A stretch of DNA of 64,000 nt from an uncultured delta proteobacterium (GTDB lineage Bacteria; Myxococcota_A; Polyangia; Polyangiales; JAFGIB01). Shown piece by piece: positions 1 through 12,934 of this stretch. The notes beneath the pieces are model-generated. The model was not told the DNA's origin. It ran no database searches and was given only the letters and a program-made list of their open reading frames with translations. The position numbers were made by a program, and so were the translations under genes. Each line of letters opens with the position of its first letter. Within the stretch, counting starts at the first letter, position 1. The stretch lies in the NCBI GenBank assembly GCA_963778655.1, contig CAVZVA010000002.1:608001-672000 (forward strand), in the 5' to 3' direction.

Positions 1-1363
1 CGACTACTCGGCGCCCAACGTCGCCAAGCACATGCACGTCGGACACCTGCGCTCGACCATCATCGGCGACGCGCTGTGCCGGCTGCTGCGCTTCGTCGGG
101 CACCCGGTGGTCGGCGACAACCACATCGGCGACTTCGGCACGCAGTTCGGCCTGCTGCTGGTGGGCATGCGCGCGTTCGGCTCCGACGCCGCCCTCGCCA
201 AAGCGCCGGTGGACGAGCTCGACCGGGTCTACAAGCTGGCCAACGCCCGCGCCAAGCAGGAGCCGGCGTTCGCGGCCCAGGCGCGCGGCGAGCTGGCCAA
301 GCTGCAGCAGGGCGACCCCGAGAACCGGGCGCTGTGGCAGCACTTCGTGGACGCGACCCGCCGCGAGCTCGACAGACTGTACGGCCGGCTCGGGGTGGCG
401 TTCGACGTGTGGCGGGGCGAGAGCTTCTACGAGGACATGCTGCCGGGTGTGGTCGAGCTGCTGCAGCAGCGCGGGATCGCGCGCGAGGACCAAGGCGCGA
501 TCTGCGTGTTCTTCGACGACGACCCGGAGCTCGCCAAGACCCCGTTCATCGTGCGCAAGCAGGACGGCGCCTTCCTGTATTCGACCACCGATATCGCAGC
601 CGTGCTGCGGCGGCGCGACGAGGGCGTGCAGCGCGCAGTCTACGTGGTCGACCAGCGGCAGAAGCTGCACTTCCGCCAGCTGTTCGCCACGGTGCGCAGG
701 CTGGGCGTGCAGATGCAGCTCGAGCACGTGGGCTTCGGGACCGTGCTGAACAAGGACGGCAAGCCGCTCAAGGCGCGCGAAGGCGAGGTGATCAAGCTCT
801 CGACGCTGCTCGACGAGGCCGAGCAGCGGGCGGCGCGGCTGATCGTGGAGGAGGGGCTCGAGATCGAGCCCGGCCGCCAGCAGGAGCTGGCGCGCAGCGT
901 CGGCATCGGCGCCGTCAAGTACGCGGACCTGAGTCAGAACCGTCTCAGCGACTACCGCTTCGATTGGGACAAGCTGATCTCGCTCAAGGGCAGCTCGGGT
1001 CCCTATCTGCAGTACGCGCACGCGCGCATCCACGCGATCTTCCGCAAGGGCGAGATCGCGCCCGCCGCGCTCGCGGGCGAGCGCACGCCGTCGCTCGAGC
1101 ATGAGGCCGAGATCGCGCTCGCCAAGCAGCTCGCGCGCTTCCCCGACGTGGTCCACGACGCCGCGGCCGGCAGCGCGCCGCACCTGTTGTGCGAGCACCT
1201 GTACGTCCTGGCGCGCCTGTTCAGCGGCTTCTACGAGCAGTGTCCGGTGCTCAAGGCCGAGCCCGAGAGCCGGCGCACGCGGCTGCTGCTGTGCTGGCTG
1301 ACGGTGCGCCAGCTCAGCCGCGGTCTGGGTCTGCTCGGGATCGACGCCCCCGAGCGGATGTGA
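1..1363 (+). CDS. argS: Arginine--tRNA ligase (5' end outside window)
   Basis: Open from window edge: DYSAPNVAKHMHVGHLRS (HIGH), GDFGTQFG, GAVKYADL, GPYLQYAHARI, C-terminal LLGIDAPERM. Confidence 0.97.
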   Translation, partial: DYSAPNVAKHMHVGHLRSTIIGDALCRLLRFVGHPVVGDNHIGDFGTQFGLLLVGMRAFGSDAALAKAPVDELDRVYKLANARAKQEPAFAAQARGELAKLQQGDPENRALWQHFVDATRRELDRLYGRLGVAFDVWRGESFYEDMLPGVVELLQQRGIAREDQGAICVFFDDDPELAKTPFIVRKQDGAFLYSTTDIAAVLRRRDEGVQRAVYVVDQRQKLHFRQLFATVRRLGVQMQLEHVGFGTVLNKDGKPLKAREGEVIKLSTLLDEAEQRAARLIVEEGLEIEPGRQQELARSVGIGAVKYADLSQNRLSDYRFDWDKLISLKGSSGPYLQYAHARIHAIFRKGEIAPAALAGERTPSLEHEAEIALAKQLARFPDVVHDAAAGSAPHLLCEHLYVLARLFSGFYEQCPVLKAEPESRRTRLLLCWLTVRQLSRGLGLLGIDAPERM

Positions 1364-1507
1364 GCGCGCAGAACGCGCCGCAACCAGCGGCCGAAACAGT
1401 GGCCAAGGCGGTTCGCCTGACCTATGCTAGCGCTGCCCCGCGGCTCGACTTGGACGCCGCTGGACGAATGGGGGCTTCGCCCTGACCCGGTCGATCACGC
1501 TGGCCTC

Positions 1508-2194
1508 ATGCCCAACAAGAGCACGAGCAAGGCCGGGACGTCGGCCGCACCCGAGCAGGGCGCGGCCGACGAGCCAAAGGAACCCGGCAAAAAGAAGAAG
1601 TCGGGCAGCGCCGAAATCGCCGCCCAGATCGCGGCCGGCACCGCCGAGCCCGGGCTGCTGCACTACGCCCGCGCGCTCGAGGACCCGAACACGACCACCG
1701 CGGCGCAGGCCGCGCGCGTGATCGAAGAGCTGGTCGCCTTGCGCCCCGAGCTGTGCGCGCCGCACATCGAGCGCTTGGTGCGGCTGCTGATGAGCGCCAA
1801 CCCGCGCGTGGTGCAAGCCAGCGCCAGCGCGCTGCCGGTGCTGACGCGGGTGGCGCCGGCCAAGGTCGCGCGACATCTGGAGCGGCTGCGCAACAGCTAC
1901 GACGCGGCCGGCGAGGTCGCCAAGGAAGGCATGGTCCGCACCTTCGTCGCGCTGTGCGTGGCCTCGGTGGCCTACCAGCGCCGCGTGGTCGACGTGCTGG
2001 AGCGCGCGCTCGCCGGAGCCGAGCCCAAGACGCTGGTGCGCTGGACCGAGCTGGTGCTGCCTGCGCTCAAGGGCGAGCCGCACGCGCAGGCGCGCGCCGT
2101 GGTCGAGCACCGCCTCAACGAGCTGCCGCGGCCGCAGGCGGAGAAGATCGCGGACTTTCTCGGGGTCAAGCTGCGCCCCTCGCGCATCCCTTGA
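1508..2194 (+). CDS. Hypothetical all-helical (HEAT/ARM-like) protein
   Basis: Coding-like ORF with amphipathic helices after a Lys-rich disordered N-terminus; start chosen at MPNKST. Confidence 0.6.
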   Translation: MPNKSTSKAGTSAAPEQGAADEPKEPGKKKKSGSAEIAAQIAAGTAEPGLLHYARALEDPNTTTAAQAARVIEELVALRPELCAPHIERLVRLLMSANPRVVQASASALPVLTRVAPAKVARHLERLRNSYDAAGEVAKEGMVRTFVALCVASVAYQRRVVDVLERALAGAEPKTLVRWTELVLPALKGEPHAQARAVVEHRLNELPRPQAEKIADFLGVKLRPSRIP

Positions 2195-2237
2195 GCGCCC
2201 GCGCGGGCCAGCGAGCGGGGCCCCGCCGCCTGGCCCG

Positions 2238-3897
<1,660 letters not shown>

Positions 3898-3904
3898 GGC
3901 GGGC

Positions 3905-4994
3905 TCACTTCGTGGGTGCAGGCGCCGCGGGCGGCACGGGCGGCGCCTTGGGCGCGGGCGTCCACGGCATCTCGAAGGCCAGCGTGGGCGCCACGTTACC
4001 GTCGGCGAAGGCCGCGCCGATCAGCGAGACCACGCGCACCAGCAGGGTGTTGGCGTCGGCGGAGACCACGGCACCGCAGGCCTTGGGCCCGCACAGCGGC
4101 TGCATGACCTCGGTCAGCACCGAGGGCGGATCGGTCGCCTCGCGCGCGCGGAACTGGAACAGCGCCTGCGTGGCCGGCTCGCCCTCATCCAGCTCCTGCT
4201 CGACATCGCTCCTTTTCTTGCGCCCCTGCAGGGCGTCCTCCTTGTGGGCCGCGAGCGTGGCCTTGCGCTTCTGCTCCTCGGCCGCGAGCTGCTCGGGGCT
4301 CAGCCCCACGCGGAAGAAGTTCAGATTCACGCCGGCGCCCGACGCGAACAGCACGAATCTTGAGGTCGCCGCCGGTGGCTACGTTGTTCTCCACATAGGG
4401 ACAGCTGCCGGTCTGGGAGCTGCGGCAGGCGTCGTGCATCGCCTGCCAGGCCTTGGCGAAGTCGTCCCACTTGTGCGGGTCCACGCTCGGCATGGCCACC
4501 TCGTCGTAGGTGCGCGGCGCCATCTGGAACGCGGTCACGGAGAGCCAGCCGGTGTCGGTGGAGCCGCCGGGCTTGCGCACCTTGAAGCTGAGCTGGTGCA
4601 TGCCCGCGGCGCTCGCCGAGCTCAACACCAGCGCGGCGGTCTCGTAGGGCAACGAGGCGTGGGCGGCGAGCGCGATGCGGCCCTTGGGCGGCGACTGCAG
4701 CGCGGCCTTGAGCTTGGGCAGCACGCCGTCCTTTTGCTCGGCGGCGGGCACCTTGCCGTTGTCGAGCTTGAGCACGATCTTGTCGTCGACCCGCACCTCG
4801 CTCATGTTCACGTCGACGTTGCGGGCGTCATTGGGCGCGCCGTCGCCGCTGCGCAGCGAGACCGGCAGCTCGAGCACACCCAGCGCGGGCGGCAGCGGCG
4901 CCTGCGCCTGCTCGGCGCTCTTGTCGGAGCAGCCGGCGGAGGCCTGAAACGCGAGCAGGCACAGAACCGTGTAGACGGCGGAGGGCTTCGCCAT
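3905..4994 (-). CDS. Putative lipoprotein with ExbD/TolR-like domain(s), one frameshift near 4357
   Basis: Signal ending SAGC; IALAAHASLPYETAALVLSSASAAGMHQLSF resembles the ExbD periplasmic motif; removing one T (ATTC to ATC) joins ORFs 4185-4994 and 3905-4354. Confidence 0.6.
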
Positions 4995-5092
4995 GGCGGG
5001 ACTATAGCCAGCTTTGCCCGACTTTGTCGCCTGTAGTAGATTCGCCCGGCTGCGCTTCAGGGGCGTCAGCCGAGCGCGAGGATTTCAGGGCA

Positions 5093-6256
5093 GTGCCACG
5101 TTTTCCCGGCCACGCCAGCAGCGCCGAGGGGTTGTCCGATCGGGTCTTCGGGCAGCTCGCCCAGAAGGCACAGGCGCGCAGCGAGCGCGTCTATCCGCTG
5201 CACGTCGGCGATACCTACCTGGATCCGCTGCCCGCGGCCCAAGCCGAGGCGCAGAAGAGCAGCGAGCGCCCGCGCCTGCACAACTACGCGCCGGTGCAGG
5301 GCGAGCCCGAGCTGCTCGACGCGATCCTGCAGAAGGTGCGGCGGCGCAGCGGGGTCGCGCTCGAGCGCGGTTGCGTGCAGGTGATGGCGGGCGCCACCGG
5401 CGGGCTCGGCGTGATCTGCTCGGCCTTGCTCGAGCCAGGCGACGAGCTGCTGTTGCCCGCGCCGTTCTGGCCGCTGATTCGCGGCGCGGCCAGGTTGCGC
5501 GGCGCCCGCGTGGTCGAGGTACCGCTCTACACCCGTCTGGGCGAGCCCGGCTTCGACCCGATCGGCGCGCTCGAGCGCGCGATCACGCCGCGCACGGTCG
5601 CGATCTATCTGAACAGCCCGCACAACCCGACCGGCGCGGTGCTGCCCGAGGTGGTAACGGCCGGCATCGCGCAGCTCGCGGCACGGCACGATCTGTGGGT
5701 GCTTACCGATGAGGTCTACGAGGACCTGTGGTACGCGCAGCCGCCAGCGTCGATCTGGACGCGCCCCGAGCTGCGCGAGCGCGCGATCGTCACCCACAGC
5801 GTGTCCAAGGCCTACGGGCTGGCGGGCGCGCGCGTCGGCTTCAGCCACGGCCCGGCCGAGATCATGCAGGTGATCCGCGGCGTGCAGACCTTCTACTCGT
5901 ACTGCGCGCCGCGGCCGATGCAGCTGGGCGCGGCGCGCGCGCTGGCCGAGGGCGACGCCTGGCTGGCGGACGCCCGCGCGCGTTACGCAAAGGCGGCGCG
6001 CGCCACCGCCGACGCGCTCGGCCTGCCGATGCCCGAAGGCGGCACGTTTCTGTTTTTCGACGCGCGTCGCTACCTGCGCGAGGGCGAGAGCTTGATGGGA
6101 TTGCTCGAGCGCTGCCTGGAGGCGGGTGTGATGCTCACGCCGGGCTCGGCCTCGGGCAGCGACTTCGAGCAGTGGGCGCGCGTGTGTTACACCAGCGTGC
6201 CCCAGGACGATCTCGAAACCGCGCTCGAGCGCCTGCGCGCGGTGCTCGGGCGTTGA
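5093..6256 (+). CDS. PLP-dependent aminotransferase class I/II
   Basis: NSPHNPTG, DEVY, SVSKAYGLAGARVG; GTG start assumed. Confidence 0.93.
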   Translation: MPRFPGHASSAEGLSDRVFGQLAQKAQARSERVYPLHVGDTYLDPLPAAQAEAQKSSERPRLHNYAPVQGEPELLDAILQKVRRRSGVALERGCVQVMAGATGGLGVICSALLEPGDELLLPAPFWPLIRGAARLRGARVVEVPLYTRLGEPGFDPIGALERAITPRTVAIYLNSPHNPTGAVLPEVVTAGIAQLAARHDLWVLTDEVYEDLWYAQPPASIWTRPELRERAIVTHSVSKAYGLAGARVGFSHGPAEIMQVIRGVQTFYSYCAPRPMQLGAARALAEGDAWLADARARYAKAARATADALGLPMPEGGTFLFFDARRYLREGESLMGLLERCLEAGVMLTPGSASGSDFEQWARVCYTSVPQDDLETALERLRAVLGR

Positions 6257-6531
6257 CACCTCGGGACCGCACGCGTGATCAGTGCGCGACCAGCGACGGA
6301 TCGCAGAATTGCCGCTTTTTCCGTGGTACGGCCCGCTGTGAATGGGTCTGCAAGGCGGAATCGGGTCGTTTTTCACGACGCCGCCTTTGACTTCCGCCCG
6401 GAGCTTCTCGTAGTAACCCCGATTGCGGCGGCCGCGGTGGGCGGCTGCATGGGGAACACGGCAGTATGTACAAGGATCCTGTCAGCCAGGCGCGCGGGCC
6501 ACGCGCCCCTTCGGCCTTGTGTCGATCGCAG

Positions 6532-7710
6532 ATGCAGGGCTACGAGCCCGCGATCGACGCGCGCGCGCGGGCCTTGATCGCGCGCATCCAGCGCGATCAT
6601 CGGGACGTCGAGGCGGTACGCGCGCTCGCCCAGCACTATGAACGCCACGGCGACTCGCCCTCGCTGGCGAACCTGATGGAGGGCTGGGCGCAGACGCTGC
6701 GCGACGACCACGAAGCTGCGGACGCGTACACCCGCGCCGCGCGGGCGGCGCAGGCCGGGCCGCTGGCCGATGCGGCGCGCGCGCAGAGCCTGTATCGTCG
6801 CGCGCTGGTGCGCTGCCCGGCGCATGCGCAGTCCCTGGCGGAGCTCGAGGCGCTGCTGCAAGAGAGCGGCGACTACACCGAGCTCGAGCGCTGCCTGTCG
6901 CAGCTGGTGCAAGAGTTGGCGCGGCGCAACGCCCCGGCCGCGCCCCGTGCCGAGCTCTGCTACCGGCTCGGGCAGCTATACGAGCGGCGCCTGGGGCGGC
7001 CGGGACGCGCGATCGCGCAGTACCGCGCCGCGCTCGAGCTGGTGCCCGATCTCCTCCCGGCCATCAGCGCGGCGCGGGAGCTCTACCTGCGCTCGGACAA
7101 GGCCGAGGCCGCGGCCGACATGTACGAGCTGCAGATCGCGGGCAGCCCCGGTGCGCGCGAACGGCACGAGCTGCTGGTGCGCCTGGCCGCGCACCGGCGC
7201 ACGCGGCTCGCAGACCTGGACGGCGCGGTGCTCGCGCTGCGGCGCGCGCTGCGCGCGCTGCCGAGCGAGCTCTCCACGATCGCGGCGCTGGCGGCACTGG
7301 TGCGCGAGCGCGCCGAGCGCGGCGGGCCGGACACCGCGGCCGATCGCGCGCGCGCCGCGGAGCTGTATTTCCAGCTGGCGCGCGGCCTGCCGCGCGGCCA
7401 GGCGCGGGGCCAGCTAACGAGCTGCCTTGCGCTACAGCCCAGCCACGCGCGGGCGCAACGCATGCTGTCCGAGCTGGACGCCTACGGTGCGCGCCCGCAC
7501 GACCTGTCGCCCCAGCTAGCTGAAGTGTCGCAGGCCGAGCTCGACGCGCGCGCGACGGTGCGCCAGCGCCCCGTGGAGCAGGATTTCGCGCCCGACACGG
7601 AGGTCGCCGCGTGGCTGGAGGACGAGGACTTGTTGCCGCTGGATGACGAGATCGGCACCCATCGCATGGTGCCGATCACAGACCGGCCGCCGCCGCACCC
7701 CAAGCTATGA
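6532..7710 (+). CDS. Tetratricopeptide-repeat protein
   Basis: TPR-like units (YRLGQLYE...AIAQYRAALELVP; YRRALVRCP). Confidence 0.7.
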   Translation: MQGYEPAIDARARALIARIQRDHRDVEAVRALAQHYERHGDSPSLANLMEGWAQTLRDDHEAADAYTRAARAAQAGPLADAARAQSLYRRALVRCPAHAQSLAELEALLQESGDYTELERCLSQLVQELARRNAPAAPRAELCYRLGQLYERRLGRPGRAIAQYRAALELVPDLLPAISAARELYLRSDKAEAAADMYELQIAGSPGARERHELLVRLAAHRRTRLADLDGAVLALRRALRALPSELSTIAALAALVRERAERGGPDTAADRARAAELYFQLARGLPRGQARGQLTSCLALQPSHARAQRMLSELDAYGARPHDLSPQLAEVSQAELDARATVRQRPVEQDFAPDTEVAAWLEDEDLLPLDDEIGTHRMVPITDRPPPHPKL

Positions 7711-7729
7711 AGAGATCTCCCTGCGCGCT

Positions 7730-9169
7730 ATGCTCGAGCGCGTCATGGAGCTGCCCAAGTACACCAAGATCATCGCCACGCTGGGGCCCGCGTCGTCGTC
7801 CGCGGAAGCGATCGCGGGCTTGATCCGTGCGGGCGCCGATTGCCTGCGCGTCAACTTCTCGCACGGCGACGGCGAGAAGCTGCAGCCGCTGCTCGATGCG
7901 GCGCGCAGCGCGGCCAGGGCCGAGCGCCGCCACATCACGCTGCTGGCCGACATCCAGGGGCCCAAGCTGCGCATCGGCAGGCTGCCGTCGCAGGGTGTGG
8001 TTTTGCTGGAAGGCGCGCCTTTCCTGATCACCACGCGCGAGGTGGAAGGCGACGAGCGGCAGGTGCGCTCGAGCTATGCGCTGCTCGCCAAGGACCTCGA
8101 GCCGGGCGCGCACGTGCTGTTCGCGGACGGCGCGGTGGAGCTGGTGGTCGAGCGCATCGAGGGCGAGGATGTGCACTGTCGCGTGGTGGCCGGGGGACGG
8201 CTGTTCTCGAACAAGGGCCTGAACCTGCCGGGGCGGCGGCTCTCGGTACAGACGCTGACCGACAAGGATCGCACCGACCTCGCGTTTCTGTCGAACGCCG
8301 ACATCGACATCGTGGCGATCTCGTTCGTGCGCACGGCGGCGGACCTGGCGCTGGCGCGCGAGCTGCTAGGCAAGGGCAAGAAGATCCCGCTGATGGCGAA
8401 GCTGGAGCGGCCCGAGGCACTGGCCGCGCTGGACGACATCCTGGAGGCGTCGGACGGCGTGATGGTGGCGCGCGGCGACCTCGGGGTGGAGCTGCCGTTC
8501 GAGCGCGTGCCGGTGCTGCAGAAGCAGATCCTCGAGCAGGCGGCGGCGCGCGGCAAATGGGCGGTGGTGGCGACGCAGCTCCTGGCCTCGATGGTGGTGG
8601 CGCGCAGGCCCAGCCGCGCGGAGGCCTCGGACGTGGTGAACGCGGTGCTGGATGGAACGGACGCGGTGATGCTGTCGGAGGAGACCGCGGTGGGTGATCA
8701 CCCGGCGCAGGCGGTGGCGGCGATGGCGGCGCTGACGCGCGCCGGCGAGGGACACGAAGCTGCGGGGCCGCGGCGGGAGATCGCGGCGGACATCGTGTCG
8801 TTCGCGACCGGTGCGGCCTCGGCGGCGGTGAGCGCGGCGGAGCGGGTGCGGGCGCGGGCGATCGTGACGCTGGCCGGCTCGGGGCTGACGGCACTGGCGG
8901 TGTCGAAGGCGCGGCCGCGGCTGCCGATCGTGGCGCTGGGCGCGTGGCAGCAGACGCTCAACCGCCTCAACGTGCTGCGCGGGGTAACGCCACTGGAGGT
9001 CCCGAACCGCACCGACGTGGAGCAACAGCTGCTGATCGCGGACCGCTTCCTGGTGCAGTCCGGCTGGGCAAAGCAGGGCGACCCGATCGTGGTCGCGGCC
9101 GCGATGCCGCTGGGCACGGGCAAGGAAACCAACACGATCCGCTTCCACCGGGTGCGGCACGCGGACTGA
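7730..9169 (+). CDS. pyk: Pyruvate kinase
   Basis: TKIIATLGPAS, RVNFSHG, DIQGPKLR, MVARGDLGVE, DGTDAVMLSEETA. Confidence 0.96.
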   Translation: MLERVMELPKYTKIIATLGPASSSAEAIAGLIRAGADCLRVNFSHGDGEKLQPLLDAARSAARAERRHITLLADIQGPKLRIGRLPSQGVVLLEGAPFLITTREVEGDERQVRSSYALLAKDLEPGAHVLFADGAVELVVERIEGEDVHCRVVAGGRLFSNKGLNLPGRRLSVQTLTDKDRTDLAFLSNADIDIVAISFVRTAADLALARELLGKGKKIPLMAKLERPEALAALDDILEASDGVMVARGDLGVELPFERVPVLQKQILEQAAARGKWAVVATQLLASMVVARRPSRAEASDVVNAVLDGTDAVMLSEETAVGDHPAQAVAAMAALTRAGEGHEAAGPRREIAADIVSFATGAASAAVSAAERVRARAIVTLAGSGLTALAVSKARPRLPIVALGAWQQTLNRLNVLRGVTPLEVPNRTDVEQQLLIADRFLVQSGWAKQGDPIVVAAAMPLGTGKETNTIRFHRVRHAD

Positions 9170-9342
9170 AGCTTGTGCCAGTGGCGCGGCCTCGGCGCGT
9201 ACGCGCATCGAAAAGGACGAGGGCTGCTCGACGCGCCCACCACTGTCCATTGCGACGAACGTCCACAGGGACCCCGCCGGTCTGATTGCCGGGCTCACCG
9301 TTGCTTGGCCAGCCCGGCACGCGCTCGCGAGGCGTTCGTGTC

Positions 9343-10629
9343 TCAGCCTCGCGAGCGGCGGATGTAGGCCGGGATGTCGAGCGTGGCCTCGTCGTGGATC
9401 GCGGCGGCGCCGAAGGCGCGCGAGCCGCGGTGGTCGCCGTTGACCGGCAAGGGTGGCTGGGCGAGCTCGACGTGGTGGCGGCCGCGGTCCGCGCTCAGGC
9501 TCGCCTCGCGCGGGGACATGCTGGGACGCGTCCCCTGCGGCACCGAGCCGCGCGCCAGCACCTGTTGTGCCACCTGGCGTACCGCGGCCGGCACGTGCGT
9601 GCCCTGCGCCGCCGGGGCTCCGCTGCTGCGCCGCCGTCCGAGCGTGCTCTCCGCGTTGGCCGGCTGCATGTCGAAGCCGGTCGCGATCACCGTCACCTTC
9701 ACCACGTCGTTCATGTTCGGATCCGTGACCAAACCGAAGATGATGTTCGCTTCCTCGTGGGCGGCCTGCTGGATGTACGAGGCCGCGTGGCTGATCTCCT
9801 TGGCCTTCACGTCCGGACCGGCCGTGAAGTTGATCAGGATGCCGGTCGCGCCCTGGATCGAGATCTCGTCGAGCAGCGGCGAGTTCACCGCTACCTCCGC
9901 CGCCTCGAACGCGCGGTTGTCGCCGCGCCCGTAGCCCGTACCCATCAGCGCGCGCCCCGTGGCGCTCATGATCGTCTTGACGTCCGCGAAGTCCACGTTG
10001 ATCGTGCCCGTGTGCACGATCAGGTCGCTGATGCCGCGCACCGCCTGCAGCAGCACGTCGTCAGCGCGCCGGAACGCGTCCAGCATCGGCATGTCGTCCT
10101 CGGACAGGTCGAGCAGCTTCTCGTTCGGGATGGTGATGATGGTGTCGACCGCCGTCCCCAGCTCCTCCAGCGCCTCCATCGCGTTGCGCATGCGCCGCCG
10201 TCCCTCGAAGCCGAACGGCTTGGTCACCACCGCGACCGTGAGCGCGCCCTGATCCTTGGCGATCTGCGACACGATCGGCGCGGCGCCGCTGCCCGTGCCG
10301 CCGCCCATGCCCGCGGTCACGAACACCATGTCCGCGCCCTCCAGCACCTCGGCGATGCGCTTGGCGTCCTCGAGCGCCGCTTTGCGCCCAATCTCCGGCT
10401 GCGCGCCGGCGCCGAGCCCGCGCGTCAGGGTGGCGCCGAGCTGGATCTTCTCCGGCGCCAGGTTGAGCGCCAGCGCCTGGGTGTCGGTGTTGGCAGCGAT
10501 GAACTCGACACCCTCGAGCCCCGCTTGAATCATGGTGTTGATGGCGTTGCCGCCGCCACCGCCCACGCCCACGACCTTGATCTTGGCCTGTAGCTCCGCG
10601 TCGTCTGCGAACTCGATCGAAATAGCCAT
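9343..10629 (-). CDS. ftsZ: Cell division protein FtsZ
   Basis: [27 protein letters not shown]-terminal LDIPAYIR. Confidence 0.99.
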   Translation of the reverse strand: MAISIEFADDAELQAKIKVVGVGGGGGNAINTMIQAGLEGVEFIAANTDTQALALNLAPEKIQLGATLTRGLGAGAQPEIGRKAALEDAKRIAEVLEGADMVFVTAGMGGGTGSGAAPIVSQIAKDQGALTVAVVTKPFGFEGRRRMRNAMEALEELGTAVDTIITIPNEKLLDLSEDDMPMLDAFRRADDVLLQAVRGISDLIVHTGTINVDFADVKTIMSATGRALMGTGYGRGDNRAFEAAEVAVNSPLLDEISIQGATGILINFTAGPDVKAKEISHAASYIQQAAHEEANIIFGLVTDPNMNDVVKVTVIATGFDMQPANAESTLGRRRSSGAPAAQGTHVPAAVRQVAQQVLARGSVPQGTRPSMSPREASLSADRGRHHVELAQPPLPVNGDHRGSRAFGAAAIHDEATLDIPAYIRRSRG

Positions 10630-10722
10630 CGCCTGCCTCGCCTTGTTGCCGGGAATCGAGGACGCCCCCTCGACTCGCACGTTGCTTGCGGTGATCGCGC
10701 CACCGCGGACCTCTTCAGCCGC

Positions 10723-11952
10723 TCAGAACACCTCCCTGAACCACTCGCCGATGCGAGAGCCCAGCTTTCGCGGCTCGCGCTGCGGCCGCAGCCGCGGCTC
10801 GAGCTGCGACACGTGCAGCCTCCCGGCGCCGTACTTCACCAGGCCGACCGCGGTTGCGTAGGCCGGGCTCTTGACCACGTCCGCGAGCCCGCCCACGCCC
10901 ATCGGCGCCGCGCGCCGCACCGGCATGCCCATGACGTCCTCGGCCAGCTCCGCCATGCCGTCGAGCAGCGTGGAGCCGCCGGTCAGCACCGCGCCCGCGT
11001 GCAGCATTTCCAGATAACCGCTCTCGCCGAGCACGTGGTGCACGGCGGCGAAGATCTCCTCGACGCGCGGCTCGATGATGTTCGCGAGCACCTCGCGCGG
11101 CAGCGAGCGCGGCGGGCGCCCGCCCACCGAAGGCACCTCGACCGTGTCCTCGGGGTCGATCATCTTGGGGCTGGCGCAGCCGTACTTGATCTTGATCCGC
11201 TCGGCCTCGGCGATGGGCGTGCGCAACCCGGCCGAGATGTCGCTGGTGATGCTCATGCCGCCGATGCCGATCACGCTGGTGTGCACCGCGGCGCTCCCCG
11301 CGTAGACGATGATGTCGGTGGTGCCGCCGCCGATGTCGATCAGCGCGACGCCGATCTCCTTCTCGTCCTCGGACAGTACCGCCTCGGCGCTGGCGAGCGG
11401 CTGCAGCACGACCTCGGCCACGTTGAGGTTGCAGCGCTCGGCGCACTTGACGATGTTCTGGATGCTGGTGGTGGCCGCGGTCACCAGGTGCACGCGCGCC
11501 TCCAGGCGGACGCCGTTCATGCCCACGGGCTTCACGATGCCGTCCTGGTCGTCGACGATGTACTCCTGCGGCAGCACATGGATCACCTGCCGGTCGCTGG
11601 GCAGCGGGATCGCCTTGCTCTGCTCGAGCACACGCTGCACGTCGCTCTCGGTCACCTCGCGCTCGGAGATCGCGGCCACGCCCTGCTTGTTCAGGCCGCG
11701 CACGTGGCTGCCGGCGATGCCGGCGTAGACCGTGCCGATCTGGCAGCCGGCCATGGTCTCGGCCTGGTCGATGGCGGCGCGGATCGCCTGCACGGTGGAC
11801 TCGATGTTGACCACCACGCCCCGCTTCATGCCCTTGCTCGGGACCGAGCCGATGCCGATGACGTCGATGCCGTCGTCGACCTGCTCGCCGACGATGGCGC
11901 AGACCTTCGTGGTCCCCAGATCCAGACCTGCGATCAGCTCGTTGTCAGCCAT
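10723..11952 (-). CDS. ftsA: Cell division protein FtsA
   Basis: GLDLGTTKV, DIGGGTT, VLTGG, YATAVGL. Confidence 0.98.
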   Translation of the reverse strand: MADNELIAGLDLGTTKVCAIVGEQVDDGIDVIGIGSVPSKGMKRGVVVNIESTVQAIRAAIDQAETMAGCQIGTVYAGIAGSHVRGLNKQGVAAISEREVTESDVQRVLEQSKAIPLPSDRQVIHVLPQEYIVDDQDGIVKPVGMNGVRLEARVHLVTAATTSIQNIVKCAERCNLNVAEVVLQPLASAEAVLSEDEKEIGVALIDIGGGTTDIIVYAGSAAVHTSVIGIGGMSITSDISAGLRTPIAEAERIKIKYGCASPKMIDPEDTVEVPSVGGRPPRSLPREVLANIIEPRVEEIFAAVHHVLGESGYLEMLHAGAVLTGGSTLLDGMAELAEDVMGMPVRRAAPMGVGGLADVVKSPAYATAVGLVKYGAGRLHVSQLEPRLRPQREPRKLGSRIGEWFREVF

Positions 11953-12046
11953 GGGCCCTGTGCTCTCCTCCGCCGCGGCAGCTACGAGAGATACCCGGGC
12001 CCCCCGGCACATCCAAAATACTTGCAAATTCTTGTGGGTGTCCGGC

Positions 12047-12934
12047 TTACCGCAGCCGCACTGCGACCCGGTCGGGACGGCGTACGTTGTCGAGGTAGAC
12101 GTAGGCGGGGCGCTCGCGGTCGGCGCGCAATTCATCGAGAATCTGGCGCAACCGGCGCAGCTTCTTGCCGTAAGGGCGCTGGCCCACCCGCACCAGCATC
12201 GGATCCTGACCGACGTAGAGCGCAAAGCCGGCGTCGCCGTCGACGTGAATTTCGGCGAGCGGCTCGCGCCGCCACAATCCGACGTCGCGGTAGTCGTGCA
12301 GCAGGGTCACGGCGGCAACCAGCAGCGAGGTGCGGTAGCCGAGGTCGCCCCGAAACTGGGCGGTGTCCACGCCCGTGATCACCGGCAGGTCGACCGGGTC
12401 GCCGGGCTGCACCGGCTTGAGCACCGAGCCCTCCTCGCTCACTAGATAGAGCCGCTCGAGCTGCAGCAGCGCGGCCGGCTGCTGCTCGCTCAGCTCGATG
12501 CGGAAGCTGCCCGGCAGGCGGCGGGTCACACGCGCCTCGGCCACCCACGGGCTGTGCAGCAGGTGGGCGCGCGCCTGCTCGGGGCTGACCTCGAATACGT
12601 TCTGGCCCACTGCCAGGCCGGCAGCGGCCAGCACCTCGGCGCGCGAGAGCCGCGACAGACCGCTGATCTCGATGTCGCGGATCGCGAACGCCTTGGCGCT
12701 GTGCACGTACTGCTCGAGCAGGCGGCCGCTGGCCACCGCCCCGGCGGTCACCGCGGCCAGCAGCACCGCGCGCAGCAGGTACCCGAGCGGCGCGCGCACG
12801 CGTGCGTAGCCGAGCTGCAGCCGCGCCTGCCAGAACAGCAACCGGGTGCGCCAGGCCACCTTGGGCCGCGCGGCGGGGCCGGGTGTGCGGCTGCGTCTGC
12901 GGTTGGGGCGGTTGTGCGTTCTAGGGCTGCCCAT
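12047..12934 (-). CDS. ftsQ: Cell division protein FtsQ
   Basis: Basic N-terminus, one TM helix, POTRA domain ([13 protein letters not shown]); position upstream of ftsA. Confidence 0.9.
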   Translation of the reverse strand: MGSPRTHNRPNRRRSRTPGPAARPKVAWRTRLLFWQARLQLGYARVRAPLGYLLRAVLLAAVTAGAVASGRLLEQYVHSAKAFAIRDIEISGLSRLSRAEVLAAAGLAVGQNVFEVSPEQARAHLLHSPWVAEARVTRRLPGSFRIELSEQQPAALLQLERLYLVSEEGSVLKPVQPGDPVDLPVITGVDTAQFRGDLGYRTSLLVAAVTLLHDYRDVGLWRREPLAEIHVDGDAGFALYVGQDPMLVRVGQRPYGKKLRRLRQILDELRADRERPAYVYLDNVRRPDRVAVRLR

